IMG/VR virus record: IMGVR_UViG_3300043394_000365
Location: 1-43,924 of that record
Direction: 5' to 3' (one strand)
Source of the DNA: a virus
Taxonomy: Duplodnaviria; Caudoviricetes
DNA: 43,924 nt
The position numbers and the translations under genes are program-made. Numbering within the stretch: position 1 is the first letter of the stretch; every line of letters starts with the position of its first letter. Shown piece after piece: positions 28,701 to 35,264 of this stretch. Under the pieces are notes generated by a model. The model worked only from the letters and a program-made list of their open reading frames with translations, had not been told where the DNA came from and made no database searches.

Positions 28701-29058
28701 CCGGATATACGCCAACACCACCGGCCGCAACGTCGTCTTGCAGTTCGACGCCGAGGTCACGGGCCTGCACTTCTCGGCGGGCGCCACGCTGGCGTCACCA
28801 GACGACTACGTTGTTGCACAGTGGGTCTTCGAGGTGAACGGCACGCCAGTGCAAAGCGACTCGTTCATTGACTCTGCAGGTGATTCGGTGCCACCCGATG
28901 CCACGGCACAGAAAGCGCGCCAGGTCGGCTGGCAGCGGGTGCTGAACAACGGCGACACGGCGGAGATCTACATCGCCTGCGGTGGCGGCACGGACGCCAA
29001 CGCAGCAACGATCTCTTGGGCGCGCACCCGGCTTCGCACCTCTGTGATCAAGGCCTGA
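25735..29058 (+). CDS. Central tail fibre / tip attachment protein (gpJ-like, 1107 aa)
   Basis: PR...GRVR, AGHEIDG, GAKCYDPR..W.FTENP, N.VTGR, LELFDV motifs; FN3-like segment; C-terminal repeats and variable tip. Confidence 0.88.
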   Translation: MSRWGSFFRIAGAYLVGVYTGNWALLASQLAAEEGRRKRDSNNKRARREFNAAQKDRLEMVDIQPSAPRTLCLGRVRHVEGIRRRWSSGVHKEKATLIVSFAGHEIDGYEQWYLDDLPVTLDVDGYVQESSLGTGTGYTTNTSGYAIGATSIGLITGSGTILAGDTVRFNGDSTYYTVATGITGPGTLVLGGTGLRKAIAASAVTVEVVKSPFARPTRAQVMQYATYVSGTLPVTLSEPALAGTVNVLASDGTAGEALVATLTEGVDFTVSGTALSITSSPHPNITITFTSGQSIKAVRIRPYLGTATQNVGGDLAAEYPGFITSADKFAGIALAVVDFIYNPDSFPQSFPTVAPVFRGAKCYDPRKDSTYPGGSGAHRLADPSTWEFTENPSLHLQRYITWYSGLNLRTKDYSMADVFSEANVCAASTVFTLTATGGGTSTVTLPLYSSGITITADTDPRQGLSAILETMAGDYGWAGGIFRFRAGRMGTPVFAMDTSWLVQGVDDSGEPDGEAVITAVQGLPREQRVNRVTGRCVDRDQRYQMLPFPDVEDTVLIAAKGERPEEIDFAGVNHIAHAQHLGSIMIREAHAGQRLEVRCGWQALDLELFDVGTITHPRSGMSAKTQEVRGWQWNPAGDPFKVKLAEITAAMFDVQNPLIGRDPAPDSTLRRPWDVEQLGALTVTSGTAELADSGSIVQRMKVAWPAVVGENVRQGGEIEVQYHNALQPMPAGDWPNWPEQGYSTFTIIPGVQTGNVYLVRARAVQKIPLVRGQWTPVVVHKVAAIRGPTIFRQTAAPSGDVQDGDEWFDTDDGNKHYVREGGAWVSVRDSGIAQALADAADAQATADGKIATFYQASPPTAESVGDIWFDTDDGNKQYRWSGSAWVLAVDTRIGQAISDAADAQATADGKVTTFVSASAPTADAVGDLWLDSDDGNKLYRWNGSAWVALPVGTGGLGIDAATTTYADETGADSVSIGSGGGTNFKNGASRIYANTTGRNVVLQFDAEVTGLHFSAGATLASPDDYVVAQWVFEVNGTPVQSDSFIDSAGDSVPPDATAQKARQVGWQRVLNNGDTAEIYIACGGGTDANAATISWARTRLRTSVIKA
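28100..28580 (+). repeat. Three 183-nt (61-aa) repeats GDxWxDxDDGNKxYxxxGxAWV...AADAQATADGK
   Basis: Conserved Trp codons at 28153, 28336 and 28519. Confidence 0.92.
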
Positions 29059-29156
29059 GACGGGGCCGAAGCAGAGATGAATCGAGCCACACATATGCAC
29101 CTGCAGCCGGGCAGCACCCTCCGCTTCGCAGGTGATCAACTGAAAGGACCTGCCCT

Positions 29157-29374
29157 GTGAATGAATCTGTGAGCCTCCTCTTCCGTTCCGGTGAGCGCTT
29201 GACGGTGAACGTACCCTCCACCCAATGCCGCGCGCAGTTGGCGCCGCGCTGGCCTGCTTTGGCGCTGCGCTGCTGCGCGAGGCCTACAACGTGCGCACCG
29301 GTGGCCGCTGGAGTTGGGGCGACGTGTCCGCCACGCTGCTGGGTGGATCGCCGGTAGTTCTGGCTTCCGTTTGA
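29157..29374 (+). pseudogene. Probable chimeric remnant: 5' end of one gene joined out of frame to the 3' end of a small membrane protein gene
   Basis: GAAAGGA RBS plus GTG at 29157; a different frame, 29225..29374, reads ..LLREAYNVRTGGRWSWGDVSATLLGG. Confidence 0.4.
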
Positions 29375-29434
29375 TCCTGAACCGACCACAAGCCCGAAGA
29401 GGCAAGCCCGCTATCACCCAACCGAGAACTCAAC

Positions 29435-29755
29435 GTGAAGCATGAAGACAACCCGACACCAACCGAGGTTCTGGACGTGAGCCGCGCCGATGAAACTGCA
29501 CTCAAGGTGCGACTGTGGGAGCAGCACGGGCAGACCATCCTGCTGGGCCTGATCTCGGCCTCAATGGCCTTCGTCGGCAACTCGCTGTGGGAATCCAACA
29601 AGGTGCAGGCCACGCTGGTGGCAGAGGTCAAGCACCTGTCCGAGCGCGTGGCCAAACTGGAAGGCGCCACGGGCGCCATGCAACAGCTGTACGTCACGCG
29701 CCCGGAATGGGCGGTGCACGAGCAGCGCATTCAAGCCCTGGAGGCCAAGCGATGA
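29435..29755 (+). CDS. Single-TM coiled-coil protein of lysis cassette (holin/antiholin-like)
   Basis: One TM segment then a coiled coil; ATGA coupling to holin; start uncertain. Confidence 0.6.
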   Translation: MKHEDNPTPTEVLDVSRADETALKVRLWEQHGQTILLGLISASMAFVGNSLWESNKVQATLVAEVKHLSERVAKLEGATGAMQQLYVTRPEWAVHEQRIQALEAKR

Positions 29756-29970
29756 ACCTGATCCCCAACTGGCGCCGCGCCTGGCGCATGTTCAGCGTGC
29801 AAGCCCAAGCGGCGGCCATCGCGGCCATCGCCGGCTGGCAGGCGCTGCCCGATGACCTGCGCGCCATGGTGCCGCAGCCCGTGGCGATCGGCGTGGCCAT
29901 CACGCTGCTGGTGCTGGGCATCGTCGGCCGCCTGATCGACCAACCCAAGACGAGGGACGAAGCGCCATGA
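29752..29970 (+). CDS. Putative holin
   Basis: MNLIPNWRRAWRMFSVQ..two TM..RLIDQP; directly upstream of endolysin. Confidence 0.78.
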   Translation: MNLIPNWRRAWRMFSVQAQAAAIAAIAGWQALPDDLRAMVPQPVAIGVAITLLVLGIVGRLIDQPKTRDEAP

Positions 29971-30452
29971 AGAAGGAACCGCTGTGGGTCGATCTCGCGC
30001 GCTCGGACATCAACCTGCGCGAAGTGCCAGGCGCGATGACCGCGCCGCGCATCTCGAAGTGGCTGGCCGACCTGGGCGCCTGGTGGCGCGACGATGAAAC
30101 CCCCTGGTGCGGCACGGCCTGCGCCGCCTGGATGCGCGCCGCGGGCGCCGCGATCCCGAAACACTGGTACAGGGCCAAGGCCTGGGCCGACTGGGGCCAG
30201 CGCTTAGAGCGCCCGGCCTACGGCTGCATCGTGGTGTTCGAGCGCACGGGCGGCGGTCACGTGGGGCTGGTGGTGGGCGAAGACGACGCCGGCCGCCTTC
30301 TGGTGCTGGGTGGGAACCAAGGCGACGCGGTGAACATCCGCGCCTTCCCGCGTGACCGCGCGATCGCCTACCGGTGGCCCGTCGGCTGGCCGCTGCCGGC
30401 CTTCGAGCAGCTGGCGCAGGGCAGCGCCGCCGCAACCACGGGTGAGGCGTGA
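29967..30452 (+). CDS. Endolysin, TIGR02594/NlpC-P60/CHAP-like cysteine peptidase
   Basis: DDETPWC, GGGHVGLVVG, LGGNQGDAV motifs; between holin and spanins. Confidence 0.85.
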   Translation: MKKEPLWVDLARSDINLREVPGAMTAPRISKWLADLGAWWRDDETPWCGTACAAWMRAAGAAIPKHWYRAKAWADWGQRLERPAYGCIVVFERTGGGHVGLVVGEDDAGRLLVLGGNQGDAVNIRAFPRDRAIAYRWPVGWPLPAFEQLAQGSAAATTGEA

Positions 30453-30871
30453 TCGGCTATGCAACGCTGGCCAAGATCGTCGCCGTCGGCCTGGTGCTGG
30501 CAGGTGCTGCAGCTGGCGGCTGGCACCTTGGCGCAGGCCGCGTGCAAGGCCAGTGGGACGCAGCCGAGCTTGAGCGAGAACGCCAGGTGCGCGACGAGCG
30601 GGCCGCGCAGCAGCGCCTGGCCAACGAAGCCGCGCAACGGTTTGAGCAAGAGCGCCAGGCCTTGGCCGCCGGCATGGCCCGCGCGCGCCGCGCTGTGGCC
30701 GATGCGCTGGCAGCGCCGGCCGTCTGCCCGCCATCCGGCCGCCTGGCTGACGTTGTGGTGCCTGGTGCCGCTCTTGACGGCCTGCGCGCGGCCAGCGTCG
30801 GTGCCAGTGCAGCGCGACCCGCTTCCGGCGGCGCTGATGGCGCCGTGCTGGCGCGGCCCGGCGATCCCTGA
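30449..30871 (+). CDS. Rz: Inner-membrane spanin (Rz-like)
   Basis: N-terminal TM then coiled coil, C-terminal Cys. Confidence 0.8.
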   Translation: MIGYATLAKIVAVGLVLAGAAAGGWHLGAGRVQGQWDAAELERERQVRDERAAQQRLANEAAQRFEQERQALAAGMARARRAVADALAAPAVCPPSGRLADVVVPGAALDGLRAASVGASAARPASGGADGAVLARPGDP

Positions 30872-30983
30872 AGGCGACGTGGCGCTGGGCGAACTGCTGG
30901 AGGTGCTGGCCGAGCGCGAAGCGGCGGCGGCGCTGTGTGCGGCCCGGCATGCCGAACTGGTGCGTGCGGTGGGCAAGCCCTGA
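30702..30983 (+). CDS. Rz1: Outer-membrane spanin lipoprotein (Rz1-like), overlapping Rz
   Basis: +1 frame, lipobox LTAC, Pro-rich PLPAALMAPC, second Cys near the end. Confidence 0.8.
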   Translation: MRWQRRPSARHPAAWLTLWCLVPLLTACARPASVPVQRDPLPAALMAPCWRGPAIPEGDVALGELLEVLAEREAAAALCAARHAELVRAVGKP

Positions 30984-30988
30984 AGGAC

Positions 30989-31020
30989 AAAACCCCCGGG
31001 ATGATCGGTCCCGAGGGTTT
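30989..31020 (-). terminator. Terminator hairpin, better formed on minus strand (possibly bidirectional)
   Basis: Minus strand AAACCCTCGGGA-ccgatca-TCCCGGGGGTTTT; the one irregular pair is G-U on minus and a C-A mismatch on plus. Confidence 0.65.
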
Positions 31021-31131
31021 CTCCAGCGCGGTGAGCGGGGGCGACCGTTTCGCCAGCTTGCCCCTACGGAAGACCCGGGCGGCCTGCCGGCCATCCCTTG
31101 TGCACGCGTGGCGTGCGGCTTTCGCTCTGTG
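30989..31131 (-). ncRNA. Candidate ~140-nt structured small RNA
   Basis: Bounded by a sigma70-like promoter and a terminator, several stems, no credible ORF. Confidence 0.5.
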
Positions 31132-31137
31132 GGCGGG

Positions 31138-31166
31138 ATTGTCGCATCCTAGAACCGGATGATCAA
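31138..31166 (-). promoter_or_regulatory. Sigma70-like promoter TTGATC-N17-GACAAT
   Basis: -35 at 31166-31161, -10 at 31143-31138. Confidence 0.55.
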
Positions 31167-31181
31167 CGCACTCTGCCGTGA

Positions 31182-31390
31182 GGCATAGGTTCCGGCGTAG
31201 GTTCCACGTGGAACGGCGCCCGTAGCCCGGTTCCTACGCTGCGCCATCATCGGGCTGTGCGCCCTCGGAGCGCCGTCATCCACGAGGTGGCCGCCCCTGA
31301 AAACAGACTTGTCGCCGCTTGTCGGCGCTCTGGCACACTTGCGCCACTGGCGTCAGTTTCGGCGCTGTTTTCAAGTCGGCGTAGGTTTCC
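31182..31390. other. Putative attP with integrase arm-type repeats (GGCGTAGGTTYC-like)
   Basis: Direct repeats at 31182, 31194, 31349, 31361 and 31378 plus an inverted partial copy near 31231, directly upstream of int; core not identified. Confidence 0.65.
31201..31214. promoter_or_regulatory. parS: parS-like palindrome GTTCCACGTGGAAC
   Basis: Perfect 14-bp palindrome equal to the core of chromosomal parS TGTTCCACGTGGAACA. Confidence 0.65.
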
Positions 31391-32677
31391 ATGTTGTTCG
31401 ATGCCCGGGCAGCCAAGGCGCTGCAGCCGGGTGGCCATCTTACGGTCGAAGGCGCTCCGGGCCTGCGGCTGGTGGCCACCGCGTCGCTGCGCACCTGGCA
31501 GTACCGCTACAAGTCCCCGGTGGACGCGCGCATGCGCCAGATCCGCCTGGGGCACTGGCCCGCCATGGGCCTGCCCGCAGCCTTGTCGGCGTGGGAGAAG
31601 GTGCGCACCCAGCGCGCCGCCGGCGCCGATCCGGCTGCCGAGAAGCGCCAGCGCCGCCGCCAGGCGGCCGTAGATGCTCGGGAGAGCGCCTACACCGTGC
31701 GCGCCGCCGCCAGTGAGTTCCTGGCCTTCTACAGCGGCACCGTCACCCCCAAGACCTACAGCGAAGCAGAGCGCCTGCTGACGCGCGACATCGACGCCAT
31801 CGAGCGCCGGCACGCGGCCAGCATCACGCGCGCGGATGCCTTCGACCTGCTGAATGCCATGCGCGACCGGCCCGTGGTGGCCGGGGCACTGCGCCGCCTG
31901 CTGGGCGCCGTGTGGGATCACGCGCTCGATGCCGGCCGCCTGCCGCCTGACGTGCCCAACTGGTGGCGCCTTGTGCTCAGAGGCAAGTTGCCCAGCAAGG
32001 GCAAGATCGTCGACGGCGAACACCAAGGGGTGGAGAAGCGCGCGCTTAGCGAGCCCGAGCTCGCGTTGCTGATCCCGTGGCTGCCCAACTTCCCGCGCGA
32101 CATCGACGATGCGCTGACGCTGTACCTGTGGACATGCTGCCGCGGCGCCGAGATCATGGCCATGGCGGCCGACGAGATCACGGAAGAGCCCGACGGCCTG
32201 TGGTGGACCGTGCCACGGGAGAAGCTGAAGATGCGCCGCAACCCGTTGACGATCGACCTGCGCGTGCCGCTGGTGGGCCGGGCGGAAGCCGTCGTGCGGC
32301 GGCGCCTGGATGCGCTGGGGGACAAGCCGAAGGGCTACCTGTTCCCGAGCCGCGGCCGCTTCGGCTACGTGGAGCAGAAGAGCATCGGCGCCGCCGTCTG
32401 GTGCCACATGAAAGACTGCAAGCTGCGGCCTGAGTGGTCGCGGCCGCGGCTACCGGTGGCCGGCTGGAGTCCGCACGATCTTCGCCGCACTGGGCGCACG
32501 CTGCTGGCCGCGCTGGGCTGCCCGGCCGAAGTGGCCGAAGCGATCGTGGGGCACATGCAGCCTGGAATTGTCGGCGTCTATGATCGCCACCACTACAACG
32601 CAGAGCGCCGGCTGTGGCTCACGCGTCTTGCGGCGCGCCTTGAACTGATCGCCGGCCAGGCCCGGGCTCCATCGTAG
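31391..32677 (+). CDS. int: Tyrosine integrase (P4-like, N-terminal arm-binding domain)
   Basis: PGLRL..TWQYRY..IRLGHWP; catalytic CRGAEI, HDLRR, GH, VYD intact. Confidence 0.96.
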   Translation: MLFDARAAKALQPGGHLTVEGAPGLRLVATASLRTWQYRYKSPVDARMRQIRLGHWPAMGLPAALSAWEKVRTQRAAGADPAAEKRQRRRQAAVDARESAYTVRAAASEFLAFYSGTVTPKTYSEAERLLTRDIDAIERRHAASITRADAFDLLNAMRDRPVVAGALRRLLGAVWDHALDAGRLPPDVPNWWRLVLRGKLPSKGKIVDGEHQGVEKRALSEPELALLIPWLPNFPRDIDDALTLYLWTCCRGAEIMAMAADEITEEPDGLWWTVPREKLKMRRNPLTIDLRVPLVGRAEAVVRRRLDALGDKPKGYLFPSRGRFGYVEQKSIGAAVWCHMKDCKLRPEWSRPRLPVAGWSPHDLRRTGRTLLAALGCPAEVAEAIVGHMQPGIVGVYDRHHYNAERRLWLTRLAARLELIAGQARAPS

Positions 32678-32879
32678 ACCTAGGGCACGTGTCCAGGTAC
32701 TCGTCCAGGTCCGACACCTCGTAGGCCACGCGACCGGTGCTGACCTGGCGCGGCTTCTTCACCTTGCCTTCGCGCACCAGCTTCTGCAGCGTGCTCACGC
32801 TCACACCGATGTACGCTGCGGCCGACTCTTCCGCCAGCATGCGCGGGCGGATCACCACGATTTCTTTCACGCCGGCCAT
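32619..32879 (-). CDS. xis: Excisionase / AlpA-like recombination directionality factor
   Basis: AAAYIGVSVST..PRQVSTGRVAY..LDEY; convergent with int, 59-bp overlap. Confidence 0.85.
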   Translation of the reverse strand: MAGVKEIVVIRPRMLAEESAAAYIGVSVSTLQKLVREGKVKKPRQVSTGRVAYEVSDLDEYLDTCPRSTMEPGPGRRSVQGAPQDA

Positions 32880-32880
32880 G

Positions 32881-33507
32881 TCAGCGCCGCCTCACGCCAC
32901 CGGAGGGCTCGAACGGATTGGGGCCGCCAAGGTCGAACTTCGGATGCCAGCCGATGTCCTCTTCTTCGTCGTCCTCGTAGGCTTCGATCATGCCGACCAG
33001 CGCCTGGTTGATCGCGCGGCTTTCGGTGATGGTCTGCAGCTGCGCATCCAGCGCCTCGATCTTGGCGTCGATGATGTGGTGCACCAGGTTCGCGGCGCCG
33101 CCCTTCGTGCGCACCTTGGCGCGGCGCTTCTGCAGCCGCTCGCGCTTCTTGTTCGCTTGCTCTTGGCGCTTGTCCAGCTGGCGGCGCACCTCTTCGATCT
33201 TGGCCTTGATCGACTTGACGATGTTGACCGGCGCCTCGTTCTCGACCAGCTCATCCAGCATGACGGTGAACACCTGCATCGCCTTCTGCTGTAGCGAAGG
33301 CCCGCTGCTGTCGCTGCCGGTTTCGTCGTACTGCTGGCGCGATTCAGGATCGCGCAGCGTGTCGTATGCGCGGTTCACTTGCTGCATGGCCACGTCGCTG
33401 CCGCCCGGCTTGTCGGGGTGCGCCTTGCTGGCGGCCATGCGGTAGCCGGCCTTGATCTCTTCGGGTGTGGCGTCGGGTGGCACGCCGAGGGTTTCGTAGT
33501 GGTTCAC
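32881..33507 (-). CDS. J-domain (DnaJ-like) co-chaperone with coiled-coil C-terminus
   Basis: HYETLGV..IKAGYR..HPDK..VNRAYDTLRDP..YD. Confidence 0.92.
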   Translation of the reverse strand: MNHYETLGVPPDATPEEIKAGYRMAASKAHPDKPGGSDVAMQQVNRAYDTLRDPESRQQYDETGSDSSGPSLQQKAMQVFTVMLDELVENEAPVNIVKSIKAKIEEVRRQLDKRQEQANKKRERLQKRRAKVRTKGGAANLVHHIIDAKIEALDAQLQTITESRAINQALVGMIEAYEDDEEEDIGWHPKFDLGGPNPFEPSGGVRRR

Positions 33508-34016
33508 GTGTGCATCGCCTCTTCGATGGCGGTCATGTCGAACGGCTGCAGCCGGCAGTTACTGGGAAGCATGAGCGGGTGCTGAGGGTGGCCGCTGCGC
33601 GTTATGCGGAGGCACTGCGGCTGATGCCCGAGCTTTCGGATCAGCGGCAGAACGTGCTGCACGCGTTCATCGACGCGATGGTGTGCCGCGTGCGCACCCC
33701 AGGCGACGCACACGGCTCCAGCGGCGATGACGGACACGCCGATGTGATAGTCGTTGTCCGGGCCCGGCAGCCAGCCGGCCAGCGCCAAGTCGCGCGGCTT
33801 CGTAGCGCGAAAGGCGAACAAGTTGACCACCTCGATCGCCGCAAAGCTGTGCGCTGTGGCAAAGCTGATGCAGCGGCGAATGGTGGCGTCGTCAACTTCG
33901 GCATCTGCAATCGACGGATTCAGCATCACGAACAGCAGCGGGAAGCCGGAACCCCAGCGCCGTCCAAGACTGTAGCGAAAGCGCTCGCAGTTGCTGATCG
34001 TGGCGGTTCTCAGCAT
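33504..34016 (-). CDS. DUF1643-family protein
   Basis: RYSLGRRW, MLNPSIAD..DDATIRRC, VNLFAFRAT, AWGA, PQHPL. Confidence 0.88.
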   Translation of the reverse strand: MLRTATISNCERFRYSLGRRWGSGFPLLFVMLNPSIADAEVDDATIRRCISFATAHSFAAIEVVNLFAFRATKPRDLALAGWLPGPDNDYHIGVSVIAAGAVCVAWGAHAAHHRVDERVQHVLPLIRKLGHQPQCLRITRSGHPQHPLMLPSNCRLQPFDMTAIEEAMHT

Positions 34017-34573
34017 CGCTTGAACTCCACCACCCACACCCATGGGTTCGCGTCCCATGAGCCGGGGCCTTTGATCGACTCCCACAGATTGCAAAAGACT
34101 TCAATCGGGTTCGCTGGCTCCCACTTGCATCCAGCGTCCTTGCTGTAGCCGGCCAGGCGCGGCTGCATGTCGATGCCTTCGGCCAGCGCATCCGCCTCGC
34201 TGATGTCCTGCAGCCGCTCGACGCGCACGTCGGTGACTTCCAGGGTGATGCGGCTGGCGGCACGCGGCATGTGAATCGACGGCCGCCACTTCGGATGGCC
34301 GATGAGGGCGTGCGCACTCCAACTGGCCGCGTACATGAAGCCGCCCGCGCTGTGCTCTGCCCATGTCTCGCGCACCCACAGCCGGTCGCCGGGCGCGCAG
34401 TAGGCGTTTCGGTACTCGCCGCCGTTGACCTCGCCGGCCAGTTCGTGCGGTGCCAGATCGCAGCCGATGTCGCGGTCCTTGCGGGGCTTCACCACGCGCC
34501 GCGTCTGCACCTTCGTGCCGGCCAGCAGGGCGCGCACCATGGGCGCGGAAAACAGAATAGGCCGCTCTTTCAT
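34010..34573 (-). CDS. ASCH/PUA-like phage protein
   Basis: MKERPILFSAPMVRA..GTKVQTRR, LWVRETW, WRPSIHMPR, VERLQDIS, NPWVWVVEF. Confidence 0.82.
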   Translation of the reverse strand: MKERPILFSAPMVRALLAGTKVQTRRVVKPRKDRDIGCDLAPHELAGEVNGGEYRNAYCAPGDRLWVRETWAEHSAGGFMYAASWSAHALIGHPKWRPSIHMPRAASRITLEVTDVRVERLQDISEADALAEGIDMQPRLAGYSKDAGCKWEPANPIEVFCNLWESIKGPGSWDANPWVWVVEFKRC

Positions 34574-34866
34574 GACCGGATCGCCAGCGCAGCCACTGGC
34601 ATGTGCCGCTCGCACGCGCACGTCTCACACACGGTGAGCGTGACCGGATCCATCACCGGCCTGGCCATGTCATGGTCTGGCCCCATAACGGCGGCCAGCG
34701 CGCTGTGGCCAAGCATGGCGCCAAGGCCGTCCTGCCGCTTCACGGCGGTCAGGTCCACGCCGAAGCGCTCGACGGTGACCCGCCAGAACAGGGGAATGCC
34801 ACTGGCGCCGATGCCTTTGGCGCACAGGCTGCACACACAGTGCCTTCGGAGCTCTGCTTCTTTCAT
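34570..34866 (-). CDS. Small putative Zn-finger protein
   Basis: CSLC and CETC pairs; ATGA overlaps on both sides. Confidence 0.68.
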   Translation of the reverse strand: MKEAELRRHCVCSLCAKGIGASGIPLFWRVTVERFGVDLTAVKRQDGLGAMLGHSALAAVMGPDHDMARPVMDPVTLTVCETCACERHMPVAALAIRS

Positions 34867-35264
34867 GACTTCTCGGCCTCCACGCGCGCCAGCAGCGCCT
34901 TGGCTTCGTCCAGCGCAGGAAAGTTGAAGCACGGCTGCAGGCGCCCGGTGCTCTGCAGGTGCTGAATCAGCGCGCCCGTCTTCTCAGACAGCAACGCCAG
35001 TGCGGCCGTGCACTCTGTGACCTGCCGGCGTCGGCGCTCCACCTTGGCGTGCACCGCTGCGCTGCTGATCACGCGTGCTTCGAGCGCGAGCCGTGCGTCT
35101 TCAGCTTCCAGCGTGGAGCGTTCGGCCATGGTGTGTTCGATGCCATCGACGAACCACTGGCGCTTCCATTCGGCCAGCGTCGACGCGATCTCCAATCGGC
35201 GCAGCTTGATCCACTGCGCGCGCGCTTCGATGTCGGTGGCTGGGAGTTCGGCTGCGTCTGTCAT
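34863..35264 (-). CDS. Hypothetical helical protein
   Basis: 133-aa ORF coupled by 4-nt overlaps. Confidence 0.65.
   Translation of the reverse strand: MTDAAELPATDIEARAQWIKLRRLEIASTLAEWKRQWFVDGIEHTMAERSTLEAEDARLALEARVISSAAVHAKVERRRRQVTECTAALALLSEKTGALIQHLQSTGRLQPCFNFPALDEAKALLARVEAEKS

Noticed and set aside
25717-28770. 1017-aa minus-strand ORF, and similar long antisense ORFs such as 1122..2270, 4583..5737, 9239..10615 and 31247..32407
   Set aside because: Shadow frames of GC3-rich real genes; no RBS or motifs
28100-29434. Diversity-generating retroelement or invertible tail-fibre cassette
   Set aside because: The repeats are in-frame protein repeats without adenine-specific differences; no reverse transcriptase or invertase in the window
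31021-31100. Hammerhead or HDV-like ribozyme within the candidate ncRNA
   Set aside because: No CUGANGA core before the stem-GAAA, and no P3/P1 complementarity around CUUCCGU
31240-31260. dusA-type att core (minus strand CCGATGATGG)
   Set aside because: Translates as SPMMA rather than APMMDW; the match is too short
31182-31390. CRISPR mini-array or iterons
   Set aside because: Repeats are 12 bp, degenerate and irregularly spaced, next to int; they fit arm-type sites better
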